A stretch of 64,000 bases of DNA. It comes from Cyanobium sp. GTDB taxonomy: Bacteria; Cyanobacteriota; Cyanobacteriia; PCC-6307; Cyanobiaceae. The notes under the pieces are model-generated. The model had not been told where the DNA came from and did not search any database. It saw nothing but the letters and a program-made list of their open reading frames with translations. Positions 43,584-54,300 of the stretch are shown here, in pieces (positions within the stretch are counted from its first letter, which is position 1; the number at the start of each line of letters is the position of its first letter). The stretch is taken from the NCBI GenBank assembly GCA_965662115.1, contig CBFIGH010000013.1, positions 11,914-75,913 on the forward strand. The letters are read 5' to 3'. The position numbers and the translations under genes are program-made.

Positions 43584-46436
43584 TTGCCGATGCCGAGGCG
43601 CCCGTCGCCCCCTGCCCTGGTGCTGCTGATCAGCGTGCCCCTGGGGTTGGCTCTGTTGCTCGGAGTCAGCGTGGTTGCCTCGCGGCTCTGGGTGGAATGG
43701 ATGTGGTTCGAGCAGTTTTCCTGGGGGGGAGTGCTGCTGCGTCGCTGGCTGTTGCAGCTGGGTTTCGCCCTGCTGGGATTGCTCTTGGGTCTGGCCCTGC
43801 AGCGTTGGATCAGCCATTTTTGGCGCCCCGATCCAGCCAGGGCTGGGTCGCTCCGGTTTGGTCTTGCCCCGCTGGCCTTTGGGCTCAGCCTGGGACTGTT
43901 GCTCCTGGCCCAGCTCGCCCCCCTCGCCCTGCTGCTGCGGCTGGCGGAGCGGTTGGTTCGCGATCCGTTTGATCCGAGCCGGCTGCATGGGCTCGCCATG
44001 CTGAATGGCTTGCCATGGCCCCTGCTTCTGTTGCTGGTTGCCTTGTTGCTGGCGTTGCTGCTGCGCCCCCGTGGGGCGACGCGCCTGGTGGCGGGGATGG
44101 CCTCCCTCGCGGCAGCCACCGCCATGGGCCGGGCTTGGGGGGTGTGGTCCCTGGCGCTGTTGGCCCCCGATAGCGGCCTGCGGGAACCCATGCTCCAGGC
44201 CGACATCAGTTTTGCGCTGGTGCGCTTCCCTGCCCTGGCCTTTGGGCTCACCCTGCTGCTCGCCCTGATCAGCTGCCATCTCGCTGCCGGGATGTGGGGA
44301 ATCCTGGCCCGCCCACCCCGGCTCAGCGATGGGCGTTTCGAGGGCTTCACGACCCAGCAGTTGCTGAACCTGCGCCCCCCCCTGGCCCTGCTGGCCCTGT
44401 TGGTGGCCTGCAGTTTCTGGCTCGGACGCCACCAGTTGCTGCTGAGCGCCGTCGGCAGTGTGCCAGGAGCTGGCTGGCTGGACGTGCACCTGGTGCTGCC
44501 CCTGCGCACCACCGCTGCGGTGGTGGCTCTGGTAACGGCTGGAGTCCTGCTGCTGCCCCTGACCCGCCAAGGCGTTCGCGGCCCCCTGCTGGCGGCCGTC
44601 TCATTGGCCCTGCTGATGGTGCCGCTGCTGGAGGCCGTGCTCACCCCCTTGCTGCAGCTGATGCTGGTGCGGCCGCGGGAGTTGCAGCTGGAGAAGCCCT
44701 ACCTGGCCCGCTCGATCGGCGCCACCAGGGCTGCCTTCCAACTCGATGGCATTCGCAGCAGCAATGTGCGACCACGCAACCGGCTCAGTCGCGCCGATGT
44801 GCTCGCGGGCCAGGCGACCCTGCGCAACATTCGCCTCTGGGATAGCCAGCCCCTGCTTTCGACCAACCGCCAGCTGCAGCAGCTGCGGGTTTACTACCGC
44901 TTTTCCGGGGCGGCTGTCGATCGCTACAGCCTTGCCGCCCAAACGGGCACCGACCGCCATCAACTGGTGATCATTTCTGCCCGGGAGCTCGACCAGGCCT
45001 CCCTGCCACCGGCTGCCCGCACCTGGCTCAACACCCATCTGGTGTTTACCCACGGCTATGGCTTCACCGTGTCGCCGGTCAACACCAGCAGTCCGGACGG
45101 CCTGCCCGATTACTTCATCAGCGATCTCGGAGCCTCCACCAGGGTTCAGGGCAATCCCCAGCTCGGCATCACCAGGGCTGAGGTCAAGGCCGGCATGCCG
45201 ATCGGCTTGCCCAGCCTCTACTTCGGAGCGCTCGTGTCTCCCTATGCCCTGGCACCAACCCGGGTGCAGGAATTTGACTATCCCCAGGGGGACGAAAATT
45301 TCTACACCCACTTCGCAGGCACGGCCGGGGTGCCGATCGGCACGACCTGGGGCCGCCTGGCCGCTGCCCTTTACCTGGGCGAGCCCAAGTTGCTGGTGCA
45401 GGGCGCGATCACTCCCAAGACCAAAATGCTGCTGCGGCGAGAGGTGCGGGAGCGGCTGCGCACCCTGGCTCCCTTCGTGCGCTTTGAGGGAGATCCGGTG
45501 CTGGTTTCGGTCAAGCTTGAGAGCGATGGGCCTTTTCCCCGCAACCAACACCAGTATTGGCTTGTGGAGGGTTTCACCACCAGCCGCAGCTATCCCTACA
45601 GCGCCGCTGTGCCCGGGGATCCAGATATTCGCTACCTGCGCAATTCCGTCAAGGCGGTTGTTGATGCCTACAACGGCACTGTTGTGCTCTATGCCGCATC
45701 CAGCAGCGATCCGATCATGGCGGGCTGGCAGCGTCTCTTCCCCGATCTCTTCCAACCCCTGGCGGCCATGCCTGCTCCCCTGCAGGCCCATATCCGCTAT
45801 CCCCAGTGGCAGTTTGAGTTGCAGACGACCCAGCTGCTTCGTTATCACGTCACCGATCCGCGCATCTTCTACAGCGGCGATGACGTGTGGCAGGTTCCGA
45901 AGGAGCTCTACGGCAGCAAGCAGATCCCGGTGAAGCCTTATCACGTCAGTGCCCAGCTTGCGCCTGACCAACCCCCGGAATTTCTGCTGCTCCAACCGCT
46001 CACGCCCCTGGCCCGCCCCAACCTCGCCGCCTGGTTTGCAGCGCGCAGTGATGCCCCCCATTACGGCGAATTGGTCTTGCTGCGCTTCCCCACCCAAACG
46101 CCAATCTTCGGTCCAGAGCAGATCCAGGCCCTGATCAACCAAAATCCAGCCATTAGTCAGCAGTTTGGCCTCTGGGATCGGGCCGGATCGGAGGTGATCC
46201 AGGGCAATCTGCTGGTGGTTCCCCTAGGCGAGGCGCTTCTCTACGTGGAGCCCGTGTACCTCAAGGCCCGCAATGGCGGCCTGCCCACCCTCACCCGCGT
46301 GGTGGTGAGTGATGGCACCAGGGTGGCGATGGAAACCAGCCTGGACAAGGCTATCGAAGCCCTGCTCGATCCACGCCGCTCCCTGGCTGCCGTCACCAAT
46401 CCAGCTGCAACCACTCCAGCCCTCGCTCCGCCGTGA
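43584..46436 (+). CDS. UPF0182-family large membrane protein (950 aa)
   Basis: About 7 N-terminal TM helices, then a large soluble region with NIRLWD, LRVYYRF..VDRY, THGYGFT, typical of UPF0182. Confidence 0.75.
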   Translation: MPMPRRPSPPALVLLISVPLGLALLLGVSVVASRLWVEWMWFEQFSWGGVLLRRWLLQLGFALLGLLLGLALQRWISHFWRPDPARAGSLRFGLAPLAFGLSLGLLLLAQLAPLALLLRLAERLVRDPFDPSRLHGLAMLNGLPWPLLLLLVALLLALLLRPRGATRLVAGMASLAAATAMGRAWGVWSLALLAPDSGLREPMLQADISFALVRFPALAFGLTLLLALISCHLAAGMWGILARPPRLSDGRFEGFTTQQLLNLRPPLALLALLVACSFWLGRHQLLLSAVGSVPGAGWLDVHLVLPLRTTAAVVALVTAGVLLLPLTRQGVRGPLLAAVSLALLMVPLLEAVLTPLLQLMLVRPRELQLEKPYLARSIGATRAAFQLDGIRSSNVRPRNRLSRADVLAGQATLRNIRLWDSQPLLSTNRQLQQLRVYYRFSGAAVDRYSLAAQTGTDRHQLVIISARELDQASLPPAARTWLNTHLVFTHGYGFTVSPVNTSSPDGLPDYFISDLGASTRVQGNPQLGITRAEVKAGMPIGLPSLYFGALVSPYALAPTRVQEFDYPQGDENFYTHFAGTAGVPIGTTWGRLAAALYLGEPKLLVQGAITPKTKMLLRREVRERLRTLAPFVRFEGDPVLVSVKLESDGPFPRNQHQYWLVEGFTTSRSYPYSAAVPGDPDIRYLRNSVKAVVDAYNGTVVLYAASSSDPIMAGWQRLFPDLFQPLAAMPAPLQAHIRYPQWQFELQTTQLLRYHVTDPRIFYSGDDVWQVPKELYGSKQIPVKPYHVSAQLAPDQPPEFLLLQPLTPLARPNLAAWFAARSDAPHYGELVLLRFPTQTPIFGPEQIQALINQNPAISQQFGLWDRAGSEVIQGNLLVVPLGEALLYVEPVYLKARNGGLPTLTRVVVSDGTRVAMETSLDKAIEALLDPRRSLAAVTNPAATTPALAPP

Positions 46437-46515
46437 AGCTCAGGGCGATGGTGGCTTGGGGCAGCCTGTTTCGTTCAGAATGAGGCTCTGCAACCTTCAT
46501 GGCATCCCCCCGATC

Positions 46516-47367
46516 ATGAACAGCATTCAGCGCCTTGCCGGTCGGACGCTCACCACCCTCGTTTTGGCAGCCTCCACCAGCTTCGATCCGATTGGCCCAG
46601 CTTTTGGCCAGCAGCGGGTTGGCATGCCCACGGTGTCCGTTCCTGACTTCAAGAACACCGTGACCGGCACCTGGTGGTGGCAAGGACCCGTAGCCGAGGA
46701 TCTCTCCAGCGCCCTGGCCAATGAGCTGGCTGCCACCGGTGAGCTCAAGGTGGTGGAGCGTCGCCAGCTTGGACAGGTTCTCTCAGAGCAGGAACTCGCC
46801 GAACTCGGCATCGTGCGTAAAGCCAGCCCAACGGCGGCCAAGCAGGGCCAGATGACGGGGGCCCGCTACATCGTGCTCGGCACGGTGACCTCCTATGACA
46901 CGGCAACCGATCTGGAAAGCAAAGGCAGCGGCATGGGTTTTCTTGGTTTCGGGGGAGCCAAGCAGAACACCGTCACCAAGGACTACGTCGCGATCGATAT
47001 TCGTGTCGTCGACAGCACCACCGGCGAGATTGTCGGCTCTCGCACGGTTGAGGGTCGCGCCACCAACACCATCGAGCAGAAGTCCAGCGGGGGCAGCCTG
47101 CTGCCTGCAGCTGCGATTCTGGGCGCCACGGTGCCGATGGGCTCAGGCGGCTATGCCGCGACCGCCGCTGCAGGCACGTTCAATTTCTCTAACAATTCCA
47201 CGACGGCTAGTCGCACGCCAGCGGCCAAGGCGTTGCGGGCGGCCTTGATCGAAGCGTCGGGCTACGTCAGCTGTCTGCTGGTTCCGTCGGGTGATTGCAT
47301 GGCCGCTTTCAAAGCCAAGGATCAGCAGCGTCGTCAGAACACCCTGGGAACTCTGGAGCTGGAGTGA
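46516..47367 (+). CDS. CsgG/LpoB-like secreted protein
   Basis: Signal peptide, then VSVPDFKN, LKVVERRQLGQVLSEQELA, GARYIVLGTVTSY, as in the CsgG-like family. No lipobox cysteine. Confidence 0.65.
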   Translation: MNSIQRLAGRTLTTLVLAASTSFDPIGPAFGQQRVGMPTVSVPDFKNTVTGTWWWQGPVAEDLSSALANELAATGELKVVERRQLGQVLSEQELAELGIVRKASPTAAKQGQMTGARYIVLGTVTSYDTATDLESKGSGMGFLGFGGAKQNTVTKDYVAIDIRVVDSTTGEIVGSRTVEGRATNTIEQKSSGGSLLPAAAILGATVPMGSGGYAATAAAGTFNFSNNSTTASRTPAAKALRAALIEASGYVSCLLVPSGDCMAAFKAKDQQRRQNTLGTLELE

Positions 47368-47372
47368 TGCAA

Positions 47373-47390
47373 GGGGGGCCTCCGCCCCCC
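47373..47390. terminator. GC hairpin between convergent genes (GGGGGGC-ctcc-GCCCCCC)
   Basis: 7-bp perfect stem with a 4-nt loop, 6 nt after the CsgG-like stop and 24 nt after the fba stop. Poor U-tracts. Confidence 0.5.
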
Positions 47391-47413
47391 CTGATTAATC
47401 CTGGCTTGGCAAC

Positions 47414-48487
47414 TCAGGCTGCAACTGCGGTCTTGGGGTCAAGCTCGCCCTTGGCATAGAGGCCGGCGTAGTAGTTAATATCACGCTGCTTGATTTTGCT
47501 GGCGTTGCCGGCACACCAGAACTGCTGATAGCGATCGAGACACACCTGCTTCATGTACTGGCGGGCGGGCTTGTTGAAGTGGCGGGGATCGAAGTTGGTG
47601 GGATCTTTGAAGGCGGCCTCACGCACCGCGGCTGTGAAGGCGAGACGGTTGTCGGTGTCAATGTTCACCTTGCGCACGCCGTTGCGGATGCCCTCCTGGA
47701 TTTCCTCCACAGGCACGCCGTAGGTCTCGGGGATGGCACCGCCATACTTGTTGATCATGTCGAGCCACTCCTGGGGAACGGAGGAGGAGCCGTGCATCAC
47801 CAAGTGGGTGTTGGGGATCGCCTTGTGGATCTCGGCGATGCGGCTGATCGCCAGCACTTCACCGGTGGGCTTGCGGGTGAACTTGTAGGCGCCGTGGCTG
47901 GTGCCGATGGCGATGGCCAGGGCGTCCACCTTGGTCTTGGCGACGAAGTCGGCGGCTTCGGCGGGGTCGGTGAGCAGCTGGCTGTGGTCGAGCTTGCCCT
48001 CAAAACCGTGGCCGTCTTCGGCTTCACCCATGCCGGTTTCCAGGGAACCCAGGCAACCCAGTTCCCCTTCCACGCTCACGCCGATGGCGTGGGCCACATC
48101 CACCACTTCCTTGGTGACGGCAACGTTGTACTCGTAGCTGGCCGGACTTTTCGCATCCGCCATCAGCGAGCCATCCATCATCACCGAGGTGAAGCCGTTC
48201 GCAGCTGCACCGAAGCAGGTGGCGGGGCTGTTGCCGTGGTCCTGGTGCATCACCACCGGGATGTCGGGATAGGTTTCAACGGCAGCCAGGATCAGGTGGC
48301 GAAGAAAATTCTCGCCCGCATACTGACGGGCACCGCGGGACGCCTGCAGGATCACTGGAGAGTCGGTTTCGCTGGCCGCCTCCATGATCGATTGCACCTG
48401 CTCGAGGTTGTTGACGTTGAAAGCCGGGATGCCATAGCCGTTCTCAGCGGCATGGTCGAGCAGCAGCCGAAGCGGAACGAGCGCCAT
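47414..48487 (-). CDS. fba: fructose-bisphosphate aldolase, class II
   Basis: [40 protein letters not shown]. Start set at MALVPL (48487). Confidence 0.95.
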   Translation of the reverse strand: MALVPLRLLLDHAAENGYGIPAFNVNNLEQVQSIMEAASETDSPVILQASRGARQYAGENFLRHLILAAVETYPDIPVVMHQDHGNSPATCFGAAANGFTSVMMDGSLMADAKSPASYEYNVAVTKEVVDVAHAIGVSVEGELGCLGSLETGMGEAEDGHGFEGKLDHSQLLTDPAEAADFVAKTKVDALAIAIGTSHGAYKFTRKPTGEVLAISRIAEIHKAIPNTHLVMHGSSSVPQEWLDMINKYGGAIPETYGVPVEEIQEGIRNGVRKVNIDTDNRLAFTAAVREAAFKDPTNFDPRHFNKPARQYMKQVCLDRYQQFWCAGNASKIKQRDINYYAGLYAKGELDPKTAVAA

Positions 48488-48530
48488 GGGAAAACCTCTC
48501 GGGGAGACGGGATGGGAACTGGCTGGGAGT

Positions 48531-49670
48531 CTAGGGGATGCCCTCTGACCCACCTGCCCTCAGGGCCCCAGACGGGGCAGGGCCGGCGGCAGGCGCCGTT
48601 CCGCCCTGGCCCTGGCGGGCCCAGTCGCAACAGCGCTGGCTTGACACCGCTTCGCCCAGGCCCGGCACCATCGGCCTGGCTTGGCGTGTGGCCGTGCTCC
48701 ACCAGCCATGCAGCCGCTGGACCGGTGCGATGCGCCCGTCGGCCCAGGTGCGGCTGAAACTCCACTGGCCGTTGGCGTCCACCGGCCTGAGCGGTTCGCC
48801 GCCCTGGGAGTGCCAGAGGCCAAAGCCATGCACGTAGTCGGCCTGGTTGTCGGAACCGAGTACGGCCGTGCCATCGCGACCGTAGAGCTCAAGCCAGCAG
48901 CCCCGGCCCCGCCGGGTGACGGAGGCGAGGTTCAGCTGGGCTGGCACCACCTGGCCCTGGGCGGTTTCCAGTTCCAGCTGCACCAGGGCGATGTCCTCAG
49001 CGTCGACCCTGGCCTGTCGGCCGCTGCCATCGCCCAGGGGCCTGGCCTCGATCGCCGTGCTGAGCTGGGCTCGCAGCGAGCGGGTCGGCCCCACCAGCCA
49101 ATGGAGGGTATCGAACGCGTGGGTGCCCAGGGCCCCCAGCACGCCGCCACCAGCTGCGGCCTGGGAATACCAGTTCCAGGGTCTGGAGGCATCCGCGCGG
49201 CTTCCCATCAGCCAGTCGTATTTGACAAGCAGCAGTTCCCCCAGGCTGCCACTGGCCAATAGGGCGGCCAGTTGCTGGAACAGGGGCACGGCCCGGTATT
49301 CAAAGTCAACCGCCACGGTCAGGCCCCGCTGCAGGGCCAGCCGTTGCAGCTCCTCCACCTGCTCGGCGCAGAGGGCGACCGGTTTTTCCAGCAGCAGGTG
49401 TTTGCCGGCTTGGAGGGCCCGCTGGGCCAGCTCGAAGCGGGGCGCGGGGGGCGTGGCGATCACCAGGGCCTCCACCGCCGGATCGGCCAGCAGGGCATCG
49501 AAGTCGCTGTAGCCAGGCAGTTCGGCCTGGCGGCAAGCGACCTCCAACCGCTCTGGGCGGGGATGCCAGAGCGCCACCGGGGTGGTGCCCTCGCAGGCGC
49601 GCAGGGCGGGCAGATGGACCGTCTCACCGATGCCCAGGCCGGCAACGGCCACCCGGAGTGGCTGGGTCAT
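48531..49670 (-). CDS. Gfo/Idh/MocA-family oxidoreductase
   Basis: N-terminal Rossmann [19 protein letters not shown]; EKP motif (LLLEKPVA). Confidence 0.8.
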   Translation of the reverse strand: MTQPLRVAVAGLGIGETVHLPALRACEGTTPVALWHPRPERLEVACRQAELPGYSDFDALLADPAVEALVIATPPAPRFELAQRALQAGKHLLLEKPVALCAEQVEELQRLALQRGLTVAVDFEYRAVPLFQQLAALLASGSLGELLLVKYDWLMGSRADASRPWNWYSQAAAGGGVLGALGTHAFDTLHWLVGPTRSLRAQLSTAIEARPLGDGSGRQARVDAEDIALVQLELETAQGQVVPAQLNLASVTRRGRGCWLELYGRDGTAVLGSDNQADYVHGFGLWHSQGGEPLRPVDANGQWSFSRTWADGRIAPVQRLHGWWSTATRQARPMVPGLGEAVSSQRCCDWARQGQGGTAPAAGPAPSGALRAGGSEGIP

Positions 49671-50059
49671 GGCAGGCTCTCGCTGGCCATGGCGCACACC
49701 TCATCGACCACCGTGGTGATCAGGTTGTCCCCGGAAGTGGGCTGCCATTGGGAGCCGAATTGGGGCAGGCCATTGATCGAGGTGTCGCGGAACAGGGCCT
49801 GGCCGCAGTCGATTTCCATCACATAGAGGTCGCTCATCGGGCGGGGTTTCTCCTCCGTCGCAGCTGGCAGAAACCTGGTCAGCACCGATACGTTGCCCTC
49901 GCGACTGCGTCGCAGGCTGCCCCCATCCCACCATTGGCGCCCCTCAGCGCTGTTGGCTACTTCGTGCCAGTCGACCGGGCCCGCCCACACGGCGATCGCC
50001 GCTCCCACCAGCACTCCCACCAGCAGGAGCAAGGCAGCCAGCCAGCTGAGCTGTTTCAT
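49667..50059 (-). CDS. hypothetical anchored/secreted protein (130 aa)
   Basis: N-terminal helix [21 protein letters not shown]. 4-nt overlaps with both neighbours. Confidence 0.5.
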   Translation of the reverse strand: MKQLSWLAALLLLVGVLVGAAIAVWAGPVDWHEVANSAEGRQWWDGGSLRRSREGNVSVLTRFLPAATEEKPRPMSDLYVMEIDCGQALFRDTSINGLPQFGSQWQPTSGDNLITTVVDEVCAMASESLP

Positions 50060-50931
50060 GCCGGCACCGTTTCGCGGCAGCCGTGCAGTTTGAGCAGGCT
50101 GGCCAGGGTGGCTTTCAGGCGGGTTCGATCCACGATCGCATCGACAAACCCATGCTCGCGCAGGTATTCGGCCGTCTGGAATCCTTCCGGTAGTTTTTCG
50201 CGCAGGGTCTGCTCGATCACGCGCCTGCCAGCAAAGCCGATCAGGGCCTTGGGTTCAGCCAGGATGAGATCGCCCAGCATGGCGAAGCTCGCGGTCACCC
50301 CGCCGGTGGTCGGATAGGTCAACAGCGGCAGGTAGAGCAGTTCGGCCTGGCGGTGACGTTCGAGGGCACCGGAAATCTTGGCCATCTGCATCAGGCTGAG
50401 CATGCCCTCCTGCATCCGGGCGCCGCCGGAGGCACACACGATCAAGACCGGGTAGCGGCGGGCCGTGGCGGTTTCGATCAGTCGGGTGAGCTTTTCGCCC
50501 ACCACCGAGCCCATCGACCCCCCCATGAACCGGAAGTCCATCACCCCAAGGGCGAGGGGCAGGCCACTGGTGTGGCAGAGGCCGGTAATGACGGCATCAC
50601 GCAACCCCGTGCTCTGCTGGCTGTCGCGAATCCGATCGGCGTAGCTGCGCCGATCCTTGAAGGCGAGTGGGTCGGTGGGGGCCAGGCTGCTATCCAGGGC
50701 TTCAAAACTGCCTGGATCGGCGATCAGGGCGATCCGCTCTTCACTGTCAATGCGGTTGTGGTGACCGCAGCCCTTGCAGACACTGGCATTGGCCACCAAG
50801 TCCTTGCGGTACACGACCAGTGCACATTCGGGGCACTTGCTCCAGAGCCCATCGCCCTCTTCCACGTCCTGGCTGATCCGCAGGGTCGGTGCGTTTTTTT
50901 GGCGATCCGCAAACCAGTCGAACAGCGACAT
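50056..50931 (-). CDS. accD: acetyl-CoA carboxylase carboxyltransferase beta subunit
   Basis: Zn ribbon CPECALVVY...CKGCGHH; [17 protein letters not shown]. Confidence 0.95.
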   Translation of the reverse strand: MSLFDWFADRQKNAPTLRISQDVEEGDGLWSKCPECALVVYRKDLVANASVCKGCGHHNRIDSEERIALIADPGSFEALDSSLAPTDPLAFKDRRSYADRIRDSQQSTGLRDAVITGLCHTSGLPLALGVMDFRFMGGSMGSVVGEKLTRLIETATARRYPVLIVCASGGARMQEGMLSLMQMAKISGALERHRQAELLYLPLLTYPTTGGVTASFAMLGDLILAEPKALIGFAGRRVIEQTLREKLPEGFQTAEYLREHGFVDAIVDRTRLKATLASLLKLHGCRETVPA

Positions 50932-50979
50932 GCGATCTCGGGGCCCAAGGGCCCGGTGGCTAGACCCATTTAAGGCACC

Positions 50980-51825
50980 TCATCCCACCAGCCCAAGCAT
51001 GGTCAGCCAAAAGTCATGGCCGACCAGCCAGACGCAGACTCCACCGACGGCCAGGAAGGGTCCAAAGGCAAAGGGCTGGTGCTTGCCCAGCCGGCCGCTC
51101 AGTCGGCCGATGCTGCCCACCACGGCACCGCCGAACACCGCCAGGATCACCGTGACTCCCAGTCCGGTGAGGCCCAGCCATGCCCCCAGCATGGCGGCCA
51201 GTTTCGCGTCACCCAGCCCCAGGGCTGGCTTGCCGATCAGCTTCTGGGCCAGGGCGCTGACGCTCTCAAAGCCCACCAGACCCACTCCCGCCGCCACAAG
51301 ATGGTGAAAAACCAGGGCCCGGCCCACGCTTGGATCCTGCTGGAAGCCAATCGCTGCCGTCATGGCCAGGCCCAGCAGCAGGCCGATGCGGCAGAGCGGT
51401 TCCGGGAGCCAGAGGTGATCGAGGTCGATCAGCACCAGGGGAATCAGCCAGCTCACCAGCAGCCAGCCGGCCAGCACCACCAGCGCCGGCAGGGGCTGCG
51501 GACCCATGCCAGCGGGTACGGCCATCAGGCAGGCCGCCCAGAGCCCAGCCGTGAGCAGTTCCACCAGGGGGTAACGAATCGGGATTGGGGCACCGCAGTG
51601 GCCGCAGCGGCCGCGCAGCGCCAACCAGCCAATCAGGGGCAGGTTTTCATGCCAGCGCAACCGGCTGCCGCATCGGGGGCAATGGCTCGGTGGCAGCAGG
51701 ATCGATTCCTGCCTGGGCAGTCGCCAGGCGACCAGATTGAGAAAACTGCCAAAACAGGCGCCGATCAGCGCGGCCCCAATCAGCAGGCTCGGGACGCTGG
51801 CAGGCAGGGGAGCAGGGACGCTCAA
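50980..51825 (-). CDS. pilD: prepilin peptidase (A24 family)
   Basis: CPRCGSRL...CGHCGAPI, DLDHLWLP, GLGDAKLAA. Confidence 0.85.
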   Translation of the reverse strand: MSVPAPLPASVPSLLIGAALIGACFGSFLNLVAWRLPRQESILLPPSHCPRCGSRLRWHENLPLIGWLALRGRCGHCGAPIPIRYPLVELLTAGLWAACLMAVPAGMGPQPLPALVVLAGWLLVSWLIPLVLIDLDHLWLPEPLCRIGLLLGLAMTAAIGFQQDPSVGRALVFHHLVAAGVGLVGFESVSALAQKLIGKPALGLGDAKLAAMLGAWLGLTGLGVTVILAVFGGAVVGSIGRLSGRLGKHQPFAFGPFLAVGGVCVWLVGHDFWLTMLGLVG

Positions 51826-51832
51826 GCGGAAC

Positions 51833-52180
51833 TCAGACGGTTGGCGAGGATGGGGGCTTACGGCGGACCCGCCGGCCCCGGATCAGTTCGATGGGCACAA
51901 AGTGCTCATGCGGTAGCAACACCGGTTGATCGACAACAATCCTGCCTTGGAGCGTGGGCTGGTTGATGTTGAGCACCACGCCTGCCAGCTCCTGCAGGGA
52001 TGGGCCGTGGTGGAGGGCTTCCACCAGAATTCGGCGGGCGGCTTCAATCACCACTTGACTATTGATCTGATCGAGACGCAACACAGGGGCCACCTTTGTG
52101 GGGGCCCCTGCAATTTGAAACGAGGGGAGAGTCTGCCTGGACTGGGTGAAGGAAATCGGCCCCACCAAGACGCACGTCAC
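51833..52180 (-). CDS. hypothetical protein (115 aa; start uncertain)
   Basis: ORF between prk and pilD on the same strand. No motif recognised. Confidence 0.35.
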   Translation of the reverse strand: MTCVLVGPISFTQSRQTLPSFQIAGAPTKVAPVLRLDQINSQVVIEAARRILVEALHHGPSLQELAGVVLNINQPTLQGRIVVDQPVLLPHEHFVPIELIRGRRVRRKPPSSPTV

Positions 52181-52205
52181 CCCATAGTAAGGCCTTGGGC
52201 TGGAA

Positions 52206-53108
52206 TTAGGCCAGCTTCTTCTTCTCTTCGATCATCCGTTGGATGATCGGGGTGAGAATCAGCTCCATCGCAAAGCCCATCTTGCCGCCGTTCACCACGA
52301 TTGATGTGGGAGTTGACATGAAGGAGTCGTGGATCATGTCGAGCAGGTAGGTGAAGTCGATCCCCCACTTGTCGCGGGCCACCTTGCGGAAGTGGATGAT
52401 CACGAAACTCTCATCCGGGGTCGGAATGGTCTGGATGAAGAAGGGGTTGGAGGTGTCCACGGTGGGCACCCGCTGGAAGTTGATGTCGGTGAGGCTGAAC
52501 TGCGGGCAGATGTGGTTGATGTAATCCGGCATGCGGCGCAGGATGGTGTCGACGGTGGCTTCCGCCGAGTAGCCGCGTTCCTGGTTGTCGCGAGCGATCT
52601 TCTGGATCCACTCCAGGTTCACGATCGGCACCACACCGATCAGCAGGTCCGCCAGCTTGCGCAGGTCGTAGCCATCCCCCACCACGCCGCCGTGCAGGCC
52701 CTCGTAGAAGAGCAGGTCGGTGCCGGAAGGGATCGGTTCCCAGGGGGTGAATTGGCCGGGCTCGAGTGTGGTGCTCAGGCGGGCATTGTGGTCGGCGGCT
52801 TCCTCGGCTGAGTGGAGGTAGTAGCGCTTCTGGCCGCCACCGGTTTCCCCGTAGGTGCGGAACAGCTCCTCGAGCTTGTCAAAGCGATTGGCGCAGGGGC
52901 CGAAGTGCGAAAACTTCTTGCCTTCCGCCACCGCCTGGGCCATGGCCTCCTTCATGGGGCCCCTCTCGTAGCGGTGGTAGCTATCGCCCTCCACCACGGC
53001 CGGGGTGATGCCCTCGCGCTTGAAGATGTACTCGAAGGCTCGTTTGACGGTGCTGGTCCCAGCGCCGGAGGAGCCGGTAACAGACACAACCGGGTGACGC
53101 TTCGACAT
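52206..53108 (-). CDS. prk: phosphoribulokinase
   Basis: VSVTGSSGAGTSTVKRAFE, EGDSYHRYER. Confidence 0.95.
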   Translation of the reverse strand: MSKRHPVVSVTGSSGAGTSTVKRAFEYIFKREGITPAVVEGDSYHRYERGPMKEAMAQAVAEGKKFSHFGPCANRFDKLEELFRTYGETGGGQKRYYLHSAEEAADHNARLSTTLEPGQFTPWEPIPSGTDLLFYEGLHGGVVGDGYDLRKLADLLIGVVPIVNLEWIQKIARDNQERGYSAEATVDTILRRMPDYINHICPQFSLTDINFQRVPTVDTSNPFFIQTIPTPDESFVIIHFRKVARDKWGIDFTYLLDMIHDSFMSTPTSIVVNGGKMGFAMELILTPIIQRMIEEKKKLA

Positions 53109-53192
53109 GCGCGGGGGGAGAAACCGGCTGCAATATTGGCAGGTAGGTGGGCCTGCTCGGCCAATCCCTGGCGGACCGTTACCAGCCGTGGT

Positions 53193-54275
53193 TCAGGCTT
53201 CCAGGCTGGCTAGCAACCGATCTCCCATGGCGCGGCAGCCCAGCTGGGTGCAGCCTGGGGCCATCAGGTCGCCGGTGCGGAAGCCGGCGGCCAGCACCCG
53301 ATCAACGGCCGCTTCCAAGGCGGTGGCGGCCCCCTCCTCCCCAAGGCCCAGCCGCAGCATCATGGCTGCGCTGAGCACCATGGCCAGCGGATTGGCCTTG
53401 TCCTGGCCGGCGATGTCCGGCGCGGAGCCGTGGATCGGCTCAAACAGCCCCGGGCCGCTGCTGCCAAGCGAAGCAGAGGGCAGCATGCCGATCGAGCCAC
53501 TGAGCATGGCGGCCTCGTCGCTGAGGATGTCACCGAAGAGGTTGCTGGTCAGCAGCACGTCGAACTGACGCGGATTGCGCACCAGTTGCATCGCCGCGTT
53601 ATCGACATACATGTGGCTGAGTTCCACCCCGGGGTAGGCAGCCGCCATGGCGTTGACCTGGTCGCGCCAGAGCTGGCTGACATCCAGCACATTGGCCTTG
53701 TCGACGCTGCAGAGCTTGCCGCGGCGGCCGACGGCCAGATCAAAGGCCACCTTGGCGATGCGGTCGATCTCGTCGTCGCAGGAGGCCATCGTGGTGAAGG
53801 CCCGCACCCGACCGCCCGCCTCCACCCGCCCCCTGGGAGTGCCGAAGTAGACCCCGCCGGTGAGCTCCCGCACCACGAGCAGATCCACCCCTTGGATCAC
53901 CGCCGCTTTGAGGCTCGAGGCATCGATCAGGGCGGGAACAATCTTGACCGGTCTCAGGTTGGCAAACAGGCCCAAACCGGCACGCAGGGCTAGCAGGCCC
54001 GTCTCCGGTCGTTGCTCGCGGGGCAGGGTGTCGTACTGGGGCGCGCCGATCGCCGCCAGCAGCACCGCATCACTGGCCTTGCAGGCGGCCAGGGTGCGGT
54101 TGGGCAGGGGCACACCGGTGGCGTCGATGGCGCTGCCGCCGATCGGTTGCTCGTCGAAGACGATCCCAAAGCCATGCAGAGCGCTCACCGCAACAAGCAG
54201 TTCGCGGGTCACCGCCGTGATCTCCGGGCCGATGCCATCGCCTGGCAGCAGGGTGATCCGGTGGCTGGAGGTCAT
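53193..54275 (-). CDS. leuB: 3-isopropylmalate dehydrogenase
   Basis: [36 protein letters not shown]. Confidence 0.95.
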   Translation of the reverse strand: MTSSHRITLLPGDGIGPEITAVTRELLVAVSALHGFGIVFDEQPIGGSAIDATGVPLPNRTLAACKASDAVLLAAIGAPQYDTLPREQRPETGLLALRAGLGLFANLRPVKIVPALIDASSLKAAVIQGVDLLVVRELTGGVYFGTPRGRVEAGGRVRAFTTMASCDDEIDRIAKVAFDLAVGRRGKLCSVDKANVLDVSQLWRDQVNAMAAAYPGVELSHMYVDNAAMQLVRNPRQFDVLLTSNLFGDILSDEAAMLSGSIGMLPSASLGSSGPGLFEPIHGSAPDIAGQDKANPLAMVLSAAMMLRLGLGEEGAATALEAAVDRVLAAGFRTGDLMAPGCTQLGCRAMGDRLLASLEA

Positions 54276-54300
54276 GGCGGCTGGGATAACAGGCGCGAGG

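Noticed and set aside
43509-46142. Minus-strand ORFs of 353, 360 and 513 aa
   Set aside because: They are antisense to the UPF0182 gene. The Gln/Gly/Arg-rich translations do not look protein-like.
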